A DNA stretch of 63,668 nt, filler included, from Octopus bimaculoides (lineage: Eukaryota): NCBI RefSeq assembly GCF_001194135.2. It is 4 parts of 4 records of this genome, joined end to end, with 100 filler letters (N's around TTAATTAATTAA, not from the genome) between each part and the next. Parts side by side here need not be neighbours in the genome. Positions count along the whole stretch, not along the records: positions 36,763 to 58,738 come from NC_068994.1; positions 58,839 to 63,668 come from NC_069003.1; 2 more parts are not named here. One strand, written 5' to 3'. Shown here piece by piece: positions 54,169-63,668 of the stretch; position 1 is the first letter of the stretch; the number at the start of each line of letters is the position of its first letter. Below the pieces are notes generated by a model, which was given only the letters and a program-made list of their open reading frames with translations, ran no database searches and was not told where the DNA came from. The position numbers and the translations under genes are program-made.

Positions 54169-54330
54169 TACAAGGGTCAGCTTAAGAGTTCATAGGTAGA
54201 GCAAGATATACTAACGTAATGTGACCGGATGAAGTTTATTTGTCAGCATAGGTCTCCTTGCGGTCTACACACTTCTTCCATCGGTGTTGCAGTTCTTGGA
54301 TGCCATTGGTGAAGAAACTTTCATCTAGTT
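54169..54330 (-). mobile_element. Mariner C-terminal remnant plus TIR
   Basis: DESFFTNGIQELQHRWKKCVDRKETYADK*; terminus reads TACAAGGGTCAGCTTAAGAGTTCATAGG on the + strand (mariner TACGAGGG-type TIR). Confidence 0.85.
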
Positions 54331-55329
54331 AGTCGTAGAAAGAATCTAGGGATGGGCAAACTGCGACTCGCGGAAATTTGTGAATGGTACGCCAACTAAA
54401 GATTACCTTGGATTTTTTTAGTAACCTTGTCATACGTGGCCTACTTCTCCATAAAGGTTTCCTATACCTGGAATACACAGACAACGGAAAGAATGATGAC
54501 ATGATTCCCTTCTTCTTAGACTTTATTCCCATATTTTGAGATATTCTGAGATTGCCTGAAAATATTTTATACTCATTTCATCTCAGAATCCAACAATTTA
54601 TTGAAGCAAGAACAGGACTTCGTGAGTCATCGTAACATGTGAAGGAGTGTCTCTGAGTGAAAGTGATATTAAAATGTCTTTTACAAAAGATTATCTTTCT
54701 TTTCCTTTGTTAATTCTTGCTGTGATCTCCTTGTCTTATTTATTACAAAGGAGCAAAGCGAAGTATCGTCTCACCAACAAAAACCTAAGATTTAACGATA
54801 TTGTTTCTATTTATTCCATTCCATTTAATCCCATATTCTAAGATTTACACGATATATAATCTTCTATTCTCACAAAATAACGATAACCCATAATGAAATG
54901 TTAACAATGAAGAGTTAGTATCTACAGCAACACCACACGTTGATAACATAACATGGTGATATCATATGAATAAGGTATCGACTGAGGCTCAGAGTGATAA
55001 CTGCACTTCATGGCAATAGCAACTAAATTACCTCAGATCACATTCTGTCAATGCAAAAATTGAAGAACTCTTTGAAAAGTGTACTTCTACATATATAAAA
55101 ACGATGGAATGCTTGTGGTTGGAAAACCTTTGATTAATCTGACCCGGGAGCTAAACAACAAAAGCCTCAACTGCAGCTTATTGAAATAATTGATAATGAT
55201 AACAAAAAGCAGCGTAATAGAATATAAGAACATATACTCGACAAATATTGCAGTTTAAACTACAACCTTAATAACAGAATAACAATTGAATACTAAAGTA
55301 AGTACACAATACGTTATAGAGTAACATCG

Positions 55330-55840
55330 ATGTAACTAGAGAGAAAGGCAGAATAAGAGAAAGACGGAGAAACGATAGGAAGAGGGCAAGATGAAAAGAA
55401 AGAGAAGGGAGAGGTGAAAAGAGAGAGGGAAGAGTTGGGGAGAGACAGAGAAGAGGAGGGAAAGGAGGATAGGTAAAAACAACAAAGAAAGAGAATTGAG
55501 TGAGGGGAGAGAAGGAAGAGAGAGTGGGGAGAGTACAACAGAGGGAGAGAGAAGGAAAAGAGAGAGAGAAGGAAAAGAGAGAGAGAGAGGAGAATGAACA
55601 AAGAGAGAGGGAGCAAGGAGGGGCGAAAAGAAAGAGGGAAGAGGTGGGAAGAGACAGAGAGAAGAAGGGGAAAAGAGTAAAGAGGTAAAAAGCATAAAAG
55701 AGGAATTGAGTGAGAGGAGAAGAGGAAAAGAGAGAGGGGAGGAATAAGAGAGAGCCTGGATATAGCAAAACAGGGAGAGGGAGAGAGGAGGAGGAGAAAA
55801 GGGGAGAGGGGAAAGACAGAAAGGTGAGAAGGGTAAGAGT
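55330..55840. repeat. Polypurine (GA-rich) low-complexity tract
   Basis: Direct reading; about 500 bp that is strongly purine-rich on the + strand. Confidence 0.85.
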
Positions 55841-56095
55841 GACACATGTACTTACATTTCAATCTAAATATGCAATCATTTGTATGTGAATGTGTGGATA
55901 AATATCTTTGAGTGAAAGGTGTAGGTAGATGTGTGCGTAGAACAAACGAAGAACAATATCAGATGAAATAAAAAAACAAAAACAAAAACAGAAACCCTCA
56001 ATAGGAAATGGATAAAGCCTAACAAGAAATAATATACTCTACAGAAAGATAAAAAAGCTTCATAGCCATGAGTGTGTGCACGCATGCGTGTATGT

Positions 56096-56132
<37 letters not shown>

Positions 56133-56246
56133 TGTGTGTGTGTGTGTGCGTGTGCAACTATCGATAGTACTACAGACATACATACAGACACATTTTTACA
56201 CACGCACACATATACAGTTATTTAAATAAACGATATATAGAGTATA

Positions 56247-56287
<41 letters not shown>

Positions 56288-56315
56288 NNNNNNNNNNATA
56301 TATATATATATGTAT

Positions 56316-56346
<31 letters not shown>

Positions 56347-56505
56347 CGTATATACATATACATACATATATATATATACGTATATACATATACATACATA
56401 CATATATATATATATACATGTATATATATACACACATATATATATACATATATGCAGTTATACATTTATAATTACATATATAATAAATNNNNNNNNNNTA
56501 CCTAT

Positions 56506-56556
<51 letters not shown>

Positions 56557-56989
56557 ACATATATATATATGTGTATGAGCATATATCAGTAAGATGTACA
56601 TATCTATACATACACATACGACATATATCTTTATATGTATACATACATAGATACACATATATATAAATGTGTGTGTGAGGGTGTGTGTTATCGTAAATAC
56701 ATTAACATAAATTAACAGCAGTATTAAAAAAATGTTAACAAGAAGACATTATATGAAAAAAAGAAATGCACATTAGAAACAGAAATAAAGAATACAGAAC
56801 AAGATCAATAACAACAAAACACAATACATATTAACAAAACAGTTGCATCAATATAATACAATATGAAAGGCATAACTTAATAAATAAATAAATAAAGAAG
56901 TAAATAAATGCCTTTTAACAAATGTAAGAAATGCAACATCATCAACAACAACAATTGAGAGCAATACAAAAAGACTCGTCACCCCACAT

Positions 56990-57226
56990 CCCGAAAAACA
57001 ACATTAACAATAACAACAACAATAACAATAACAACAACAACATGAATTGTAGTGGCAGCGTAAGCGCAAGCTTCGACAGAATGCATGGAAACGTTATAAC
57101 AAATAAAAAAAAGAAAACATAGACAAGAACAAAAAAACCCCCCAGCTATAACGACAACAACAACAACAACATCAAGTAGATTTTGTAACAAAAAGGATAC
57201 AAGAGGGTAGGTGAAATGCGAAAGAC

Positions 57227-57287
<61 letters not shown>

Positions 57288-57422
57288 TAATAATAATAAT
57301 AATGGACGCTCAGCAAGAAATGAAAAGAAAATTTTAAGAAAAATACTAATAATGATAATAATAACAAAAACTACAACAACAACAACAACAACAACAATAA
57401 TAATAATAATAATAATAATGCA

Positions 57423-57475
<53 letters not shown>

Positions 57476-57498
57476 TAATAATAATAATAATAATAGTA

Positions 57499-57546
<48 letters not shown>

Positions 57547-57972
57547 CAAATAATGATGACAATGATGACGGTGATGATGATGATGATGATGAGGACGACG
57601 GCGACATGATGACCATGATGATGTTGATGATGATGATGATGATGGCCATGATGATGATGATGACACTGATGATGACGACGACGATAGTGATGATGATAAA
57701 TAAGAGGAAAACAACACGCGACAGAAAACAATAAAATACACAACAAAAAAAAAAATGGAAACAGCGGCGGCGGTGGCGGTGGTAGTAGCGACAGCAGCAG
57801 CAACAGCAGCGGCAGCAGCGGCAGCAGCAGCGGCAGCAGCAGCAGCAGCTGCGACGGCGGCAGCAGCGAGAAGAGAATGGGTGTAAGTAAAGAATAAAGG
57901 AAATAAATAAATATATATATAAATACAGAGATAACAAATGTACCTTGACAAGAAGAAACAATAATGTTGATG

Positions 57973-58045
<73 letters not shown>

Positions 58046-58077
58046 TAATAATAATAACAAAAATAATAATAATAATA

Positions 58078-58120
<43 letters not shown>
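56990..58120. repeat. Long compound triplet-repeat region (AAC/AAT/GAT/CAG/CGG)
   Basis: Direct reading; generates the spurious 574-aa ORF. Confidence 0.9.
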
Positions 58121-58123
<3 letters not shown>

Positions 58124-58288
58124 ATAATATATATATGTAAATGGATCTACTATTCACTCTACTGAAAGACGCCATGATAAAATTAGCTGTCAAATGGTAT
58201 TTCATGTTGTTACCTCCATTTTGATTTTTCGGTCCGTAGTCCATATACATACATACATACATACCTACATACATACATNNNNNNNNNN

Positions 58289-58322
<34 letters not shown>

Positions 58323-58594
58323 TATATAACAGTTTTCAAATTTACAGAAAACAAAAGAGGAAGACAGGTACATACATGCATGCATGCATACATACATATA
58401 TAGATATGTATGTATATATATGTATATATATATATAAATGTATGCATGTATATATGTGTGTGTGTCTGTGTGCATACATAAGTTAAATAACGATATACGT
58501 GCATACACACAGACACACGCACACATATATGTGTTTCTGTGTATATGCATGTATGTATGTGAATAGCTATACACGTTTATATATATATATATAT

Positions 58595-58625
<31 letters not shown>

Positions 58626-58697
58626 TATATTCATACATACATATATATATACACACACATATATATATATACATATATATACATAATATATACATAC

Positions 58698-58738
<41 letters not shown>

Positions 58739-58841
58739 NNNNNNNNNNNNNNNNNNNNNNNNNNNNNNNNNNNNNNNNNNNNTTAATTAATTAANNNNNN
58801 NNNNNNNNNNNNNNNNNNNNNNNNNNNNNNNNNNNNNNCAT

Positions 58842-58995
58842 ACATGAAGGGAGAATTCACGAAAAAACAACAGACGAAGACAGGTGTTGTAAAAAGCAAA
58901 TGGATGTATCAGTATAACGCTTGGGAATAGAAAATGTCTTTAACGTTTCGAGCCTACGCTCTTCAACAGAAAGGAACACAGAAAGAAACAAGGAG
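58842..58995 (-). mobile_element. Penelope-like element terminal fragment
   Basis: Homologous to 14260-14440. Confidence 0.6.
58936..58973 (-). ncRNA. Minimal type I hammerhead-ribozyme-like motif (CUGUUGA variant)
   Basis: Minus strand: CUUU-CUGUUGA-A-GAGC(GUAG)GCUC-GAAACGUU-AAAG. Confidence 0.55.
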
Positions 58996-58999
58996 AGAA

Positions 59000-59073
59000 G
59001 GCGTCAAACCCCATATTAAAATTAATTTGTTTGAAATTTTAAGGTGTTTCAATTATTTTGTCCCACCCCTGTA
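59000..59073 (+). mobile_element. Tc1-like right end with complete TIR terminus and TA
   Basis: ...GGTGTTTCAATTATTTTGTCCCACCCCTG followed by TA. Confidence 0.75.
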
Positions 59074-59088
59074 TATATATACATATAT

Positions 59089-59255
59089 ACAAAATAATGG
59101 AAACACCTTGAAATTTCAAACAAATTCATTTTCATATGGGTTAGGACGGCATTTGGTAGTAATTACAGCGTGAATTCTATGAGGTACGGACTCATACAAA
59201 GTTCGAATTGTTTCCAAAGGAATTTTCGTCCATTCTTCAGCTGAAACGGTCTCCA
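59089..59255 (-). mobile_element. Tc1-like transposase C-terminus and clipped TIR
   Basis: QELETVSAEEWTKIPLETIRTLYESVPHRIHAVITTKCRPNPY (cf. Tc1 W..IP....L..S.P.R..AV...KG..T.Y). Confidence 0.85.
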
Positions 59256-59299
59256 GTTCTTGTCATCATACTGATCCATGACGTTTTGGCAAAACCTTG

Positions 59300-59535
59300 T
59301 CCTGATATCATTGTCTATTTTTTCTTTTTTTGCATCTTTAACTGTACTCGAGGTGCAGTTTTCTTCCGATAGATTTTCAGTCTGATTCTTCCGTTAAGCA
59401 ATATATGATCAGTGTCACAATCGGCTCCTGGCCCTTTGCACTGAATTTCGAAAACCTTCATTGATCAAGATGAGATCAATCTGATTCCGGAAACCATCTC
59501 CAGGACATTTCCAGGTTCACAAGTTTCTCGGATTA
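59300..59535 (-). mobile_element. RTE-clade LINE AP-endonuclease fragment
   Basis: TWKCPGDGFRNQIDLILINEGFRNSVQRARS..DCDTDHILL (cf. TW.SP....NQIDY...SDH). Confidence 0.8.
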
Positions 59536-59969
59536 TGTTTGAAAAAAAAAAAAAGGTAAATGAATAAATAAATAAAGACAAATAAATATATAAACATATC
59601 TGTCACATACCATAAATGAAATAAACAAAAACTATATAAAGGGTATGGATATGTACAACAAACTAAGCGAAAATCACCCCCACCCCACACAAACACATGA
59701 AATTTCATGGACGGCCACAACAATGTCAACAACACAACTAACAACGTCAGCAGCAGCGGCGATGCTAACGATGGCAATAACAACAACTACCACGATGGCA
59801 ACACCATGGGCGAACACACAGACACAGAGGAATACAGGAACTGTACCATATTTTTTCTTCTGGACTTAGGACAGCAACAGCAGCAGCACAATGCAGTGAG
59901 GGGATGGGGCTGAAGGGAAGGCCACACTGCTGCTAAAAACTATAACACACACAGAAGCATGCACACGTA

Positions 59970-60025
<56 letters not shown>

Positions 60026-60104
60026 TAAGGACACAAACACATGCACATATAATGATACACATCTTAGAAGAACAGAATGGAATAAGTGGAGCAAGAACAC
60101 ACAC

Positions 60105-62361
60105 GAAAACGACAAATGTCACTGAAAACTCACAGATGTGTGACGAAAGATTTCCGGTCAATGGGCATGAGTAAAAATAATAGGTTCCGGGACCAGATGG
60201 AGTTTAAGGCTACTGGATTAAAAGATTTGGTGAATGCCATGCACGAATAGCTGCGCAACTCAACACCTTGATAATTGCCGACCAACTAACACCAGAATGG
60301 TTGACATTGGGTAGGATAGTACTGTGCCTGAAAAACATCGAAAAAGGTAATACGGTAGACAGTTACAGGCCGATATCTTGTTTGCCACTTATGTGGAAGT
60401 TATTGACTGGAATACTCGCAGAAGCAGAAGGGTTGCAAGCATAAGTGCAGAGGTACCAAGGATCAACTTCTGGTAGATAAAACTGTACTCAGAGACTGCA
60501 AGAGGAGGAAAAGTAACTTAGCTATGTTATGGATCGACTATCGTAAGGCATACGATATGATCCCGCATTCTTGGATTATGGAATGTATGAACCAATTTGG
60601 GATTGCATCGAATGGTGAGCGATTGCTTGGAATAAGTATGACGAATTGGAGGACAGACCTGACAGCATACGAAAGAAGTTTAGGGACAGTAGAAATTAGG
60701 AGGGGCATCTTCCAAAGGGACTGCCTGTTCCCATTGATCTTTGTACTGTGCATGATACCACTGACACTGATTCCGAGGAAAGCAAAAGCTGGGTATGTAT
60801 TCAAAAGCCGCCAACAAAATGTCAACCACTTGTTATTCATGGATGACCTCAAAATTTATGGTAAAGATGAATCCTAAGTCAGTTCCCTCGTTGATACGGT
60901 GTATACTTTCAGGGCTGATATCGGAATGGAGTTCGGACTGAGAAAGTATGGCGTGTTAGTATTTAAGAGAGGCAAAATTAAATGTATGGACGGATTAACG
61001 ATACCGTCGGGGGAGGTTATGAAGCAGAGAGAAGCGACGGGCTATAAGTACTTGGGGATTTTAGAAATGGATAAATTGATGGAGAAAGAAATGACAGAAA
61101 AATTTAAGGTGGATGGAGTACTTGCGTAGACTGAGACTGATCCATAAGTCGAAATTATACGGATGGAATAAGATCTAAGCATTCAACACCTGGGCGGTTT
61201 CAGTCCTTAGATATGGAGCAGAGGCAATCGCATGGACAGTAGACGAACTAAACAGCTTAGACAGAAAGACAAGGAAGTTGCTAACTAGATATGGGTCACT
61301 CCACCCAAAAAGTGACAAAGACAGACTGTATGTACCAAGAAAAAGAGGGGGAAGAGGACTTATTGGATGCGAACATAGTATTAGAGCAGAAGAAAACAAC
61401 ATAGCATTGTATGTAAAAATGCCACATAACTGCTATTATTAGAAGTAAGAAGGCCAGGCTTGTGTAGGATGAAAGATTGCAAAGATAAAGCACTATAAAA
61501 GAAATTTAAAACGAATGAAACTGAAAACAGGTGGGTAAAGAAAAGAATGCATGGTCAATTTCATAGGGATGTTGAAAATAAGACAGACAGAGAAAAAAGA
61601 TGGCTGTGGATGACTAAAAGTGATTTAAAACCGGAAACGTAGGCTCTAATCTGTGCTGCCCAAGAACAAACTACATAAAATAATGAATAGACACCACATC
61701 AGAAAGTGATAAGTGCAGAATCTGTGGACAAAACGGAGAAACCGTATGGCATATTACCAACCAATGTACGCCACTAGCCCAGAAGGAATATAAGAGACGC
61801 CATGACAATATAGCCAGGCTTGTCCATTGGACACTTTGAAACAAGTATGGACTTGACAGAGCAAAAATTCGGTACGGCCACAAACTTGAAGGCATCGTCG
61901 AAAATAGAAATGCAAAGATCCTATGGGATTTTATGATTCAGTGCGACCATGAGATTGAGAATAGGAAGCCGGACATAGTCTTAATTCAGAAAGAAAACAA
62001 ACTATGCTGGATCATAGATATAGCATGCCCAGCTGACAACAAGGTATGCGATGAGGAAGAAAGAAAAGTCAAGAGATATGACAGGTTAGCTTGGGAAATT
62101 AAGCAGTTGTGGTCGATGAAAAAGGTAGCAGTAGTACCAATAATTGTTGGAGTCCTGGGAACAGTGACCAAAAATTTCGATAAGTACGTGGAACAAATAG
62201 AGGCTGCAATAAGGGTGGAGCACTTGCAAAAAAAAAGCACTGCTTGGAACGGCTCGAATACTCCGGAAGGTGCTCGAAAAATAAGGGGTGTTACCTTAGT
62301 TCACTGGTAGTGAAGAGCTGACACTGTAGTACATCTCCAGCCTTAGAAGTTGTTCAAAGGC

Positions 62362-62362
<1 letters not shown>
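60105..62362 (+). mobile_element. R4/Dong-like non-LTR retrotransposon, ~2.25 kb, 5'-truncated: RT, CCHC finger and RLE (pseudogenised)
   Basis: [118 protein letters not shown]; 3' end joins (TAA)n. Confidence 0.93.
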
Positions 62363-62400
<38 letters not shown>

Positions 62401-62414
62401 TGTTATTATTATTA

Positions 62415-62451
<37 letters not shown>

Positions 62452-62464
62452 GATAATGATGATA

Positions 62465-62620
62465 ATGCCCTGAGGCTGTATCAGGCAGTGGCTCTCATGG
62501 TTACTGATCTTAATTGATTGGAAATGTTATAATATACATATTTTGTCTTGGAGTAAAAAGGATGGGCTACAGCAAATATTCTGCTTAATACCACAAATTT
62601 GCTTTCAGTTGCTTGAGCTG
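62465..62620 (+). mobile_element. 5' part of the TAA-embedded non-coding element
   Basis: AATGCCCTGAGGCTGTATCAGGCAGTGGCTCTCATGG..., homologous to 34005-34150. Confidence 0.8.
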
Positions 62621-62624
62621 AACC

Positions 62625-62695
62625 ATTTGAGTATGTTTAAGGTGCCACGCAATGGGACTGTGCCTAAAACCATGTGGTTAGGAAGCAAACTTCTT
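62625..62695 (-). mobile_element. SINE family A head fragment
   Basis: Minus strand AAGTTTGCTTCCTAACCACATGGTT...GTCCCATTGCGTGGCACC. Confidence 0.7.
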
Positions 62696-62947
62696 TATTT
62701 CATAAACATTCGCCATATGGCGTTACATAGAGGGGACAAACAAAGACAGACAAACGAAGAAGCTACGGGCTGGACGCGGACGTTAATGAATGGAGAAGAA
62801 TACACAAGAAAGAATGAAAATGGGAGAGGCACCAGCGCCCGCCGACTGATAACCTCTCTAAAATTTTGTTCAATACATGTCGGTCAAATTTGTAAAACAA
62901 ATTATTAACACAAATGTTCTTCCTCTTTATATGAGGCAACAAGCCAC

Positions 62948-63668
62948 TTATAAATGTTCATATAATTCACTGGGGCTTTTAGCCTCCCCATATCTACAAC
63001 CTCTTTTCACTAACGCCCACGCCCTCTCTAGGCACTCCTCGAGTGGCGTGTCGGCATTGCCCGGTGCCGTGAAGAATATTTCTTTGAGGTCCAAAAATTT
63101 CTTCGCTACGTCCCACGTTGTGACCTCTACAGCTATCTGCGGAGGCCACTCGGGATCTTGTATGCAGGCCATGGCCTCTCCCCTAAGACTCTTTTCTAAT
63201 TCTTTTTCTACCTCCCCCTCTCTAAAGAAGAAGACTAACGTTTCTTCTTCCCCCCGGAGAAGGGAAAGACATTTCCACAGTCGGCGGCACAATTCCCACC
63301 GGCTGTGGTTCAACATTCGTTTGCACCTTTTTCTTTCTTTTCTTTTTCTTTTTTCCGGTGGGAGGGGAGGAGTCCTCTGGTTTACCCGGGGGACTCAATC
63401 CCTCTTCCACCTCTACATCTCTTTGAGGTTTCGGCGGGCTATTATTAATGCCCGCCTTCCTCTTTCTACCTCTATCTGTTGGGGCTACCGCCTCCTCATT
63501 TTTTCCTTCCTGTCGAGCAGGACTACTTTCTCCAACGGGTGCCCGTTCCTGGGACACTTTAGTGTCCCGGCGGCAATCCTTCTTCAAATGGCCAGGCTCC
63601 AGACACCGGTGACATCTAGGTTGCCGACCCTCAAGTATCACCGGATACCTGCAGTCAGTCATCTTTAG
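62948..63668 (-). pseudogene. Gag-like / LINE ORF1 protein with CCHC zinc knuckle; 5' end beyond the window; one frameshift in a G6 run
   Basis: VILEGRQPRCHRCLEPGHLKKDC (CX2CX4HX4C at 63573-63614); basic KKKKKRKKK stretch; ORFs 63222-63662 and 62948-63316 fuse if one G of the run at 63250-63255 is removed (239 aa inside the window). Confidence 0.75.

Noticed and set aside
56979-58703. 574-aa minus-strand ORF
   Set aside because: Entirely a translation of di- and trinucleotide repeats; no complex domain.

Overview
AT-rich, gap-riddled eukaryotic DNA. The SINE, LINE and microsatellite content strongly suggests an octopus (coleoid cephalopod) draft assembly; that assignment is inferred from repeat recognition, not from a search. 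I could not identify any intact host gene, rRNA, tRNA gene or CRISPR array, and nearly all long ORFs in the track are artefacts of N-gaps or simple repeats. What is supportable is a dense fossil record of mobile DNA: seven R4/Dong-like or other RLE-type non-LTR fragments (most ending in (TAA)n), RTE fragments, three mariner remnants, a tail-to-tail Tc1 pair, several tRNA-derived SINE families, and a non-coding ~550-bp element embedded in TAA tracts. Three observations stand out. (1) Two Penelope-like termini each carry a minimal hammerhead-like motif with a shared non-canonical CUGUUGA core. (2) A zinc-knuckle ORF1/Gag-like frame at the right edge has no ORF2 behind it and its 3' tail matches a SINE tail elsewhere in the window, suggesting an ORF1-only (HAL1-like) element. 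(3) A ~124-bp degenerate tandem repeat has hammerhead-like remnants and is split by a young SINE with a perfect 12-bp TSD. TE boundaries are approximate (tens of bp) unless exact motifs are quoted.
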